From the NCBI GenBank assembly GCA_024275415.1, contig JAJRZD010000091.1:60001-92000 (forward strand): a DNA stretch of 32,000 bases, given 5' to 3'. Position 1 is the first letter of the stretch. Each line of letters starts with the position of its first letter. Origin of the DNA: an archaeon (lineage in GTDB: Archaea; Asgardarchaeota; Thorarchaeia; Thorarchaeales; Thorarchaeaceae). Positions 9,612 to 17,647 of this stretch are shown in pieces. The notes under the pieces were generated by a model. The model was not told the origin of the DNA. It searched no databases and was given only the letters and a program-made list of their open reading frames with translations. The position numbers and the translations under genes were made by a program.

Positions 9612-10415
9612 ATGAGCGAGTTCAGTCTAATCGAGGCACATGACCTAGCAGTCCGTTATCCTGACGGAGAGCTAGCACTATACAATGTCAACTTCCGTAT
9701 CTCTGGCCCTACCTTTATGGCTATCATCGGACCTAATGGCTCAGGTAAGAGCACCCTCTTGAAGACCGCGCTTGGGATGCTCAAGCCAGTCAGGGGTACT
9801 ATGCGAGTACTCGGATATGATACTGTGACTGAAAAGAAGTATATCCGTAGAGAGATTCGGTATGTTCCTCAGAGGGATCGAATTCAACTTACTGTGCCTA
9901 TGAAAGTGAAAGACATTGTTCTGATGGGTCGGCTTCTCAAGAAGCGCCCTCCACGATTCGCATCCTCAAAGGACAAGGATCTGGCTCGACAAGCATTAAG
10001 GAAGGTCAACATGGATGAGCTGTGGAACCGTCCCTTCATGGAGCTATCCGGAGGTCAAAGACAGAGGGTTCTTGTCGCACGTGCTCTGGCAAGTGAGGGA
10101 TCCATCTTGATGCTGGACGAACCCCTTGCTGGAACCGATGCTGAGAGCCAATCATTGATTGTGGAGGTTCTTGGGGAATATCACAGAGAAAATGAAGTCA
10201 GTGTGGTAATGGTCACCCACGACCTCAATCCGATTCATACCTTCGTCCGCAATGTCCTTTTGCTCAAGAACACCCTGATTGGAGTTGGCACTCCTTGTGA
10301 CATGATGGATCTTGAGCTTCTTGTGAAGGTGTATGGTCCTAGTGCGAAGGTAGTGGAATATGCGGGTCATCGGTACTGTGTGACGCATGATGTAGGAGTT
10401 GATAGACACGATTGA
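9612..10415 (+). CDS. znuC: Zn/Mn ABC transporter ATP-binding protein
   Basis: GPNGSGKST, YVPQ, LSGGQRQR, LDEP, VTHD. Confidence 0.92.
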   Translation: MSEFSLIEAHDLAVRYPDGELALYNVNFRISGPTFMAIIGPNGSGKSTLLKTALGMLKPVRGTMRVLGYDTVTEKKYIRREIRYVPQRDRIQLTVPMKVKDIVLMGRLLKKRPPRFASSKDKDLARQALRKVNMDELWNRPFMELSGGQRQRVLVARALASEGSILMLDEPLAGTDAESQSLIVEVLGEYHRENEVSVVMVTHDLNPIHTFVRNVLLLKNTLIGVGTPCDMMDLELLVKVYGPSAKVVEYAGHRYCVTHDVGVDRHD

Positions 10416-11343
10416 TGCATTGCTTGAGATCCTGTCAGCCCCGTTCGTACAACGCGCGATTCTCGGTGCATTCTTGGTTGCCATAGTCGCTTCTACGAGC
10501 GGTACGTTCCTCGTATTCCGAGGTCTCTCCTTCATGACCTCTGGAGTGGCTCATGCTGCTCTTGGTGGTGCAGCATTGGGCTTGTTTCTGCAACATTCGG
10601 GCATCCTGCCGTGGTTCGACCCTATCCTAGGGGCACTACTCTTTAGCGTCCTAGTCGCTTTGATTACCGGCTATGCTGGTGAGAAGGGGATTGCAGAGAA
10701 GATGGAGGTAGCAGTGGGTGTGTCGTTCGCTCTTTCTATGAGCATAGCAGTGCTATTGATGTACTACATTCCTCCTACACAAGTGCCTCAAATCTGGGGT
10801 TATCTCATTGGGGATATCCTCCTATTGAATGACCTTGACCTTCTGTTACTCGCAGAAACAGCTGCCATCCTTCTTTTCCTGACGGTCTTGTTCAACAAGG
10901 AGTTCGTATATGTGAGCGTTGACATGGACGGGGCTACTGCCCATGGGTTGAACACACGTGCCTATCATTATCTGATGCTAATTACATCTGCACTGGCTAT
11001 TGCCTTTGCAACGAAAGCAGTGGGAGCTATTCTAGTCTATGCAATAATGGTGGCACCAGCAGCTGCGTCGAACGAGCTCATACACTCTGTCCGTGGAGTA
11101 CTATTTTCGGTATTCGTGATAGCGCTTCTCTCGGAGATGTTAGGGCTTCTCGCTTCATTTACCATCCAAGCATCACCGAGTGCGATTGCTGGAATCATCG
11201 CTGCTCTCTCATATGTCATCGCATTGCAGATCAGGCATTTCCGGGATAGGACAACAGACACTGAGATTCCTGATAGCCACGAGATTGAGGACTTGTTCAC
11301 AATTATGGAGAATGGGGGGAGTGAAGGTGTGCACCATCATTAG
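10399..11343 (+). CDS. znuB: Zn/Mn ABC transporter permease
   Basis: GVAHAALGG, YLIGDIL and GAILVYAIMVAPAA are ABC-3 permease motifs. Overlaps znuC; C-terminus is HHH. Confidence 0.92.
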   Translation: MIDTIDALLEILSAPFVQRAILGAFLVAIVASTSGTFLVFRGLSFMTSGVAHAALGGAALGLFLQHSGILPWFDPILGALLFSVLVALITGYAGEKGIAEKMEVAVGVSFALSMSIAVLLMYYIPPTQVPQIWGYLIGDILLLNDLDLLLLAETAAILLFLTVLFNKEFVYVSVDMDGATAHGLNTRAYHYLMLITSALAIAFATKAVGAILVYAIMVAPAAASNELIHSVRGVLFSVFVIALLSEMLGLLASFTIQASPSAIAGIIAALSYVIALQIRHFRDRTTDTEIPDSHEIEDLFTIMENGGSEGVHHH

Positions 11344-11416
11344 GTACGAGTCTTAACTGGTCGGTATCTTTAAGTGTGGTTTGCTTGCAACGACCTGCCA
11401 AGGTCGGTGAACACCA

Positions 11417-11809
11417 TTGAGTGATGAAGTTCCAGAAAGAGAGGAAATCATTCGTTCCACGTTAATCACAGTTATTCTAACAAGCGTGTTTCTTATCATT
11501 GGCTTGTTATTCTGGGCATGGACGAATTCTGATGTAGATTCTCCATTGACCGCAATCAACGATGTCAATCCCTTCATAGTACCCCTGCTAGAGATTCTCC
11601 TCGTAGGTGGAATGTTCTTCTTCATGACCGTGACTGTTGTCAACCTCAGGTTGTACTTTACACGAATCCGGTCAGGATGGCTGGAGATCATTGTGCTTCT
11701 CATCATCCAGATGGTCATATCCTACCTGATGTTTGGAGCAGAAGTGACTGGAGCAAGCTTTGTGCTATGTCTTGCTATCGTCTGGTACATCTATCTGCTT
11801 CAGGACTGA
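11417..11809 (+). CDS. Hypothetical membrane protein (about 4 TM)
   Basis: 130-aa ORF with four hydrophobic stretches; fills the intergenic space. Confidence 0.7.
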   Translation: MSDEVPEREEIIRSTLITVILTSVFLIIGLLFWAWTNSDVDSPLTAINDVNPFIVPLLEILLVGGMFFFMTVTVVNLRLYFTRIRSGWLEIIVLLIIQMVISYLMFGAEVTGASFVLCLAIVWYIYLLQD

Positions 11810-11870
11810 CTTCGTAAGAACTTCATCGCACCAGAAGCTTTATGTGCCTAGGTCGGACAACTTGGCTTGA

Positions 11871-11895
11871 ACCTGACTGGCACACCAGTCTAGGT
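11871..11895. other. Intergenic hairpin / inverted repeat upstream of psmA
   Basis: ACCT-GACTGG-CACA-CCAGTC-T-AGGT forms 10 bp with one bulge. Function unknown (terminator or operator). Confidence 0.35.
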
Positions 11896-12001
11896 ATGAC
11901 AATATCAGCAACCGACTTGGACAAAGGAACTGTCAGTTATTATTGATATCATTATGCTCTGACTTCCTTCTGCCGCAATGATGTTGCTGGAGGAAACTAC
12001 T

Positions 12002-12742
12002 ATGTTCGGGATTTCAGGCGCAGGATATGACACAAGCACTGGCATTTTCAGTCCGGAGGGCCGCATATTTGCTGCTGAATATGCAAAGAAGGCTGTTGAG
12101 CAGGGGGCGACCTCTCTCGGAATACTCGCAAAGGACGGGGTCATCCTGCTTGCTGAAAAGAGGGTGATGCCTCTTCAGGAACCCGACAGTGTTGAGAAGA
12201 TTTCGAAGATTGACGAGCATATAGGAGTGGCAACATCTGGCTTCATGGCTGATGCCAGACAACTGATCCAAGAGGCCCGTATCAAGGCACAATCCTATTG
12301 GCTCACATATGAGGAACCAATCTCTGGCGAAGCACTTGCAGAGCATATCTGCAATGAGAAAGTGACTCGTCTGTCACTTGATATGCGTCAGGGTGGGCGT
12401 CCTTATGGTGTTGCCATGTTGATTGGTTCTGTTGATTTTGATGGTATTCCTCGACTGTTCATGACAGACCCCGTAGGCTATCACTGGGGGTACTTGGCTG
12501 CCGTAATCGGACGTGGGAGCAACGCAGCTGGAGAGTTTCTTGAGAAGAATTACAAGAAGACCCTGAAGATACCAGAAGCCATCAAGCTCGCTCTGGAAGC
12601 CCTTCGTCAAGTCACGGACACTGACCTCAACAAGGAAAATGTTGAGATTGCTCAGGTTCCCATCAAAACTGGCAAATTCTATCGTTTATCATACTCGGAG
12701 ATAGAATCTTATCTTGCCACTCAAGAGAAATCACAGGAGTGA
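12002..12742 (+). CDS. psmA: Proteasome alpha subunit (divergent)
   Basis: GYD..GIFSPEGRI...EYA, EKISKIDEHIG, SGFMADAR, GRPYGVAMLIG, AIGRG-like AVIGRG. Syntenic with SBDS. Start placed at ATG 12002 after GGAGG (11989-11993). Confidence 0.93.
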   Translation: MFGISGAGYDTSTGIFSPEGRIFAAEYAKKAVEQGATSLGILAKDGVILLAEKRVMPLQEPDSVEKISKIDEHIGVATSGFMADARQLIQEARIKAQSYWLTYEEPISGEALAEHICNEKVTRLSLDMRQGGRPYGVAMLIGSVDFDGIPRLFMTDPVGYHWGYLAAVIGRGSNAAGEFLEKNYKKTLKIPEAIKLALEALRQVTDTDLNKENVEIAQVPIKTGKFYRLSYSEIESYLATQEKSQE

Positions 12743-12750
12743 TAAGATAG

Positions 12751-13479
12751 ATGACAGGTGGCTCCGGAAAGAAAAGTGGTGAGAAATGGCTGGACTTGGA
12801 TGCTGTCGTTATTGGGATGCAAAAAGGACACCTCAGATTCGAGGTGTTCGTAGACCCCGATCTCGCGTTCAAGTATCGACGAGGTGAGGACGTTCCGCTT
12901 GAGGACATCCTTAAGAGCTACGAGATCTACGAGGATGCAAGGAGAGGCGAACGCGCCACTGAGATGCTGGTCAAGGATGCCTTTGGCTCCTCAGACATCT
13001 TCGATATAGCTCCTGAGATACTAAAGGATGGAGAGTTCAAGCTTACCCATGAGCAGAGACTGCTCATGACTGAAGAAAAGACAGAAGCTATCATCAATGA
13101 CATTTCAAAGAAAGCAATGAACCCTCAGACAGGTCATCCACACCCTCCAGATAGAATACGTCAGGCTATGGATGAAGCAAAGGTGCGAGTAGATCCCTTC
13201 ATTAGCGTAGAGGAACAGGTGCCAAAGATAGTCAAGGCTCTAAGAGTCGTACTCCCGATATCGTTCGAGAGCATCAAGATTAAAGTCACAATTCCTGCTG
13301 CGTTTGCTGGAAAGGGCTACAACATGGTGGCCACCGCTGGGGTCATAAAGACTGATACTTGGGAACAGGACGGTTCTTGGACAGGTCTCGTAGAAATACC
13401 GGCATCAAAGAGGCAGGAGTTGTACGACGAATTAAACAAGCTCACAAAGGGCCAAATTCGGTTAGACATGGTTCGATAG
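12751..13479 (+). CDS. sdo1: Ribosome assembly factor SBDS/Sdo1
   Basis: RFEVFVDP, IYEDARRGE, NPQTGHPHPPDRI, PISFE. Canonical position after psmA. Confidence 0.96.
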   Translation: MTGGSGKKSGEKWLDLDAVVIGMQKGHLRFEVFVDPDLAFKYRRGEDVPLEDILKSYEIYEDARRGERATEMLVKDAFGSSDIFDIAPEILKDGEFKLTHEQRLLMTEEKTEAIINDISKKAMNPQTGHPHPPDRIRQAMDEAKVRVDPFISVEEQVPKIVKALRVVLPISFESIKIKVTIPAAFAGKGYNMVATAGVIKTDTWEQDGSWTGLVEIPASKRQELYDELNKLTKGQIRLDMVR

Positions 13480-13548
13480 TATGGCTGGTATTGTCATTAT
13501 TTCACGATCGCATATGTAACTAATAAAATAACAGAGGGAAAAGAGAAA

Positions 13549-14511
13549 TTGGCTATATTCTTTTCAAAGCGAGAAATCGTTATTCCCGGTCAGCTCCTTG
13601 CTGAAGGCAGATTTAGACCCTCCATGGGCACCTATGAACAAGAGGGAAAAGTGTATTCTGCCGTTGTAGGACTGGCTGAGCTACGAGGGAATACCGTAAA
13701 GGTGGTTCCCCTTCAGGGTGTATATATCCCACGGGAAGGGGACTTTGTAATCGGAACAATCACAGTGGTGGCTGGAAACAACTGGAAAGTTGACATTGGC
13801 GGTCCTTATCTGGCCTCGTTGCATGCTAACAATGCACTTCGCCGTCCCTATGATGATGACATCTCACGCTATATGAGTACAGGCGATGTGATATCTGCTG
13901 AAGTCATTGCATTCGATCGAAATACAGGTCCCTTCCTGTCAATGAAGGGTCGAGGCCTGCGAAAACTTGAGGGCGGTATGCTGGTGAAGATCAGCCCTGC
14001 AAAGATCCCTCGAGTGATCGGGCTAAGAGGATCCATGATTAACATGATAAAGGATCTATTACGAATCCATGCTTTTGTCGGACAGAATGGCATCATCTGG
14101 ATTCGATCCCGCGATTTGGAGATACAGAAGCTGGCAGTGAAAGCTTTCAAGATGATCGAAGCCGAGGCTCATACGTCAAATCTGACCGATCGCGTTAATG
14201 AAATGTTGAAGAACGCATTGGCTGAGATAAAGGGGTCGTCTTCCTCAGAGAAGCCGGAAGTCAAGGGCGATGATGTTACTGAAAGGTCACCAGATGAGAA
14301 AGGAGCCATCGTGTCCGAAGGTGGTGATGTGCCAGGGTCTGATATGGAGGACACATCCGAAACCAGCCCCGAGAATGAGGAGGCAGTTGCTACTCCAGAG
14401 TCCGAGGAACCTGTTGTGGAACTTGAAACATCTGAAGAGAAAGATGGTACATCAGATGAATTAGAAATACCTGAGAATGAATCAGAATCAAAGGAAGTGA
14501 ATGAAGAATGA
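13549..14511 (+). CDS. rrp4: Exosome RNA-binding subunit Rrp4 with a ~90-aa acidic C-terminal extension
   Basis: IVIPGQLL, YIPREGDFVIG (S1 domain), PAKIPRVIG and VGQNGIIWI (KH domain). The tail begins at about S230. Confidence 0.95.
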   Translation: MAIFFSKREIVIPGQLLAEGRFRPSMGTYEQEGKVYSAVVGLAELRGNTVKVVPLQGVYIPREGDFVIGTITVVAGNNWKVDIGGPYLASLHANNALRRPYDDDISRYMSTGDVISAEVIAFDRNTGPFLSMKGRGLRKLEGGMLVKISPAKIPRVIGLRGSMINMIKDLLRIHAFVGQNGIIWIRSRDLEIQKLAVKAFKMIEAEAHTSNLTDRVNEMLKNALAEIKGSSSSEKPEVKGDDVTERSPDEKGAIVSEGGDVPGSDMEDTSETSPENEEAVATPESEEPVVELETSEEKDGTSDELEIPENESESKEVNEE

Positions 14512-15290
14512 GTCCGGAAAAGAAACCTGACAATCTCATCAATGCTGAAGGCCTACGAGTTGATGGAAGGCGAATTGATGAGCTTAGACCAATTGAGATG
14601 AAGGTCGGGGTACTGAAACAAGCTGATGGGTCTGCATCGATAAGGCAGGGCAAGACATACATCATTGCAGCTGTCTATGGCCCCCGTGAACTACATCCCC
14701 GTCATTTGACATTAAATGATCGAGCATACCTGAGAGTCGTTTATAGGATGACAACATTCTCAGTGCCTGATAGGAAACGACCAGCTCCCTCTCGACGTGA
14801 GAAGGAGATATCCATGGTGATTGCGAACGCGTTGAGCCCTGTGATCTTTCTTGAGGAATTCCCAAAGGCTGTGATTGATGTCTTCGTGACAGTCATCCAG
14901 GCTGACGGTGGAACTCGATGTGCAGCCATCAATGCGGCATCTCTCGCACTTGCTGATGCAGGCATCCCCATGAAGAGCTTGGTTCCTTCTGTTGCTGTGG
15001 GCAAGGCTGAGGGTCAGCTCATTGTTGACCTCGGCGATGAGGAAGACAAGTACGGGCAGGGTGATATCCCAATGGCGATTCTGCCACATACTGAGGAGAT
15101 TGTCCTCTTGCAACAAGATGGGTCTTTCACACGTGAAGAAATAATAGAAGCCCTTCAGATGGGAATAAACTCATGTAAATACCTGCACGAGGTTCAGAAA
15201 GACGCACTCAAGGCTGCATATGTAGGTGCTACATCTGATGAAGATGAGGAAAACGATGATGAAGACGATGACTATCTGGATGACCTTTAA
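14508..15290 (+). CDS. rrp41: Exosome core phosphorolytic subunit Rrp41 with acidic tail
   Basis: DGRRIDELRP, VYGPRE, QADGGTRCAAINA, DLGDEED. The frame continues 12 more acidic codons past TAA 15288. Confidence 0.97.
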   Translation: MSPEKKPDNLINAEGLRVDGRRIDELRPIEMKVGVLKQADGSASIRQGKTYIIAAVYGPRELHPRHLTLNDRAYLRVVYRMTTFSVPDRKRPAPSRREKEISMVIANALSPVIFLEEFPKAVIDVFVTVIQADGGTRCAAINAASLALADAGIPMKSLVPSVAVGKAEGQLIVDLGDEEDKYGQGDIPMAILPHTEEIVLLQQDGSFTREEIIEALQMGINSCKYLHEVQKDALKAAYVGATSDEDEENDDEDDDYLDDL

Positions 15291-15331
15291 CATGACCTTG
15301 GTGAGGCTGACATACCGGAGGATGAGTAATA

Positions 15332-16159
15332 ATGGGTGATTGGAGTTCTGAAATAATCAGTCATATAGACAGAGAACATATCATTAGTCTCCTGAATAAA
15401 GGTGAGCGATCTGATGGTCGAGCACTTGATGAGTTCCGTCCAATCGAGATTGAGGTTGGTGTAGTCCCTGCTAAAGCAGAAGGCTCGGCCCTCGTCCGAT
15501 TGGGTGATACAAGTGTCGTTGCAGGGGTCAAGGTTCTTGTTGGAGACCCATTCCCTGACTCTCCTGATGAGGGTTTTGTGATGGTCACCGCAGAGATGTC
15601 TCCCATGGCGTCCCCGCTTTTCGATATTGGCCCTCCCCGTGAGGATGCAATCGAACTTGCAAGAGTGGTCGATCGTGGTGTTCGCGAATCTGAAACCGTT
15701 GACATCAAGAAACTCTGTATTGAGCACGGAAAGTATGTCTACTCAGTGTTTGCCGATGTATATCCCTTGGAGTATGACGGGAACTTGATTGATGCTTCAT
15801 CCATTGCCGTCAATGCTGCCTTGGCAACAACGAGATTCCCCGAGATGAAAGTCGAGGATGACACTCTTGTAGAAACAGGAAATATCCTGTCCATTCCATT
15901 GACGAACACCGCGGTTGAGGTTACAATCGCAAAGATTGGAACCTATCTAGTTGTTGATCCCATCCTCAAGGAGGAGATGGTGCAAGACACACGTCTCACC
16001 ATTGCAGTTGATGAGAACGAGAACATGACCGCTATGCAGAAGGGTGGTGGAACCGGTCCCCTGACTCTTGATGAGATTGACCAGTCGATGGGGATTGCAA
16101 TCAAGCGATCACACGATATCATTTCCGCAATCAAGGATGCCGCTAAAACCATCAAGTAA
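15332..16159 (+). CDS. rrp42: Exosome core subunit Rrp42
   Basis: RSDGRALDEFRP, AEGSALVRLG, GPPREDAIELARVVDRGVRES, DGNLIDA. Confidence 0.97.
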   Translation: MGDWSSEIISHIDREHIISLLNKGERSDGRALDEFRPIEIEVGVVPAKAEGSALVRLGDTSVVAGVKVLVGDPFPDSPDEGFVMVTAEMSPMASPLFDIGPPREDAIELARVVDRGVRESETVDIKKLCIEHGKYVYSVFADVYPLEYDGNLIDASSIAVNAALATTRFPEMKVEDDTLVETGNILSIPLTNTAVEVTIAKIGTYLVVDPILKEEMVQDTRLTIAVDENENMTAMQKGGGTGPLTLDEIDQSMGIAIKRSHDIISAIKDAAKTIK

Positions 16160-16161
16160 TA

Positions 16162-16263
16162 GGTTCATGGGGAGTGGACGACTCCACTCTCCATAACGAA
16201 CCAAACGGAACCCTAATAAGTACAACCGAAGGGCGACTGGTAGATTTCAACTTCGCCTTTTGG
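16162..16263 (+). other. Structured intergenic element (two hairpins) between rrp42 and rpl37ae; candidate cis-regulatory RNA
   Basis: Hairpin 1 is GGTTC-ATGGGGAGTGGA-CGAC-TCCACTCTCCAT-AAC-GAACC (17 bp, one G-U). Hairpin 2 is CCGAAGGGCGA-N16-TCGCCTTTTGG (11 bp, two G-U). Confidence 0.45.
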
Positions 16264-16310
16264 CTAGTAACAACTTGGAATCGAATTGTGAATATCTGTA
16301 GATCAGAACT

Positions 16311-16706
16311 ATGACGCGAACCAAAAAAGTTGGAAGCACAGGTCGTTTCGGCCCTAGATATGGCGCCAAGCTCCGTAGAAGAGTGTTGGATATCGAAAAG
16401 AAGCGACATGAGCCTCACAGATGCCCTGCATGTGCCACAAGGGCTCTAAAAAGGCAAGCTGCTGGTCTCTGGAAATGCCGGAAGTGCGACATCCTTTTTG
16501 CAGGTGGTGCATACGTCCCATATACCGATGCAGGAAAGGCTGCTAGGCGTGCTATCGCCCAGCGTGTTGCCGGTGACTTCCTCGCACTACGGGACGATGA
16601 AGATATTATCGAGGAACTCGATTTTCTCCCTAACATAGAACACGAGATTGAAGCTGTTGATGTTGAAGAAGACAGCTTTGAAGATTTACTGTCTGACGAC
16701 GAATAG
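16311..16706 (+). CDS. rpl37ae: 50S ribosomal protein L37Ae (eL43) with a 43-aa acidic C-terminal extension
   Basis: KKVGSTGRFGPRYG, CPAC...WKCRKC zinc finger, FAGGAYVP. Confidence 0.97.
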   Translation: MTRTKKVGSTGRFGPRYGAKLRRRVLDIEKKRHEPHRCPACATRALKRQAAGLWKCRKCDILFAGGAYVPYTDAGKAARRAIAQRVAGDFLALRDDEDIIEELDFLPNIEHEIEAVDVEEDSFEDLLSDDE

Positions 16707-16717
16707 ATGGGCGAACT

Positions 16718-17293
16718 ATGGTGCCCTCCGTCCTGATAACTACATCTCGGCGAACCTCTAATAGGATCCGGACATTCGTCCGAGATTTGTATTCACTCAT
16801 CCCTGGAAGTATCAGATTCAATCGAGGTGGAATGAGTCTTTCTGAATTGACATCAAGAATTATGCAATCCAAAGCACACGCAGCAATAGTTGTCACAAGC
16901 TACAGAGGGAATCCCGGAAAACTTCAGTTCCTTGACCGCAGGGGTCATTTCTTGTACGACTTATTCGTTGAAAGCGCCCTATTGCGAAGGGAAGTATGCA
17001 CCACCGGTAGAATGCGGATTCGGAATCTTATGGCTATTGCTGTACTGGGCACAATAAGTGAACGAGTAAGAGAGTTTGGGGCATACTTTGCAAATCTGCT
17101 TGGTGTGCCATTCATGCCGATCAATGAAATCATTGAAATGTCCACAGAGGATGCGTCCACCGCTTTCATTCTTCTTCACGAAAAAGATAGCAAGATTCAT
17201 TGGACGGCCTATCAATCATCTGATATGGTTGAGATTGGTCCCAGGATAAGAATCTCCCACATAAGGAGCCATCCAGATGAAGCAAATGAGTAA
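16718..17293 (+). CDS. Brix-domain (Imp4-like) ribosome biogenesis protein
   Basis: LITTSRRTSNRIRTFVRDL, RGGMSL, GNPGKL, EIGPRI. Syntenic position. Confidence 0.9.
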   Translation: MVPSVLITTSRRTSNRIRTFVRDLYSLIPGSIRFNRGGMSLSELTSRIMQSKAHAAIVVTSYRGNPGKLQFLDRRGHFLYDLFVESALLRREVCTTGRMRIRNLMAIAVLGTISERVREFGAYFANLLGVPFMPINEIIEMSTEDASTAFILLHEKDSKIHWTAYQSSDMVEIGPRIRISHIRSHPDEANE

Positions 17294-17555
17294 TGTATGT
17301 GGGTCATCGATTCTAGAGATAGATTTGGAGAGTCCACGAATTGCTGAGGTTCTTCTCGATGCCCTCCGTCCAGAAACATCCTCAGCCCCATCCTACAGAG
17401 CTCGCGTGAGTCTATCAGTGAATGGGAACTGGCTCACTGTCAAGATACAATCTGATGATATCACATCACTGCGGGCAGCAATGAACTCCTATCTTGCGTG
17501 GATTTCTGCAAGTCTGACCACTATTAATCTACTAGAGAACGAATCGCATGGATGA
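17286..17555 (+). CDS. pcc1: KEOPS complex subunit Pcc1
   Basis: ALRPE...RARVSL...IQSDDITSLRAAMNSYLAWI. Syntenic position. Start placed at ATG 17286. Confidence 0.9.
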   Translation: MSNVCGSSILEIDLESPRIAEVLLDALRPETSSAPSYRARVSLSVNGNWLTVKIQSDDITSLRAAMNSYLAWISASLTTINLLENESHG

Positions 17556-17601
17556 CACAAACCGAACGAATCCGTTTGTCCTTAACAAAAATCCTTAAGG
17601 G

Positions 17602-17643
17602 ATTACCATCTGGCGCCTAGTGAAAGTCACTACTGGCGGTAAT
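17602..17643 (+). promoter_or_regulatory. 5' leader hairpin that sequesters the SD-like GGCGGT of pfdB
   Basis: Pairings ATTAC/GTAAT, CGCC/GGCG and TAGTGA/TCACTA (15 bp, two bulges), ending 4 nt before the ATG. Confidence 0.35.
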
Positions 17644-17647
17644 ATGT

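Noticed and set aside
11391-11406. CGACCT-GCCA-AGGTCG hairpin before the 11417 gene
   Set aside because: A single 6-bp stem; cannot be distinguished from background.
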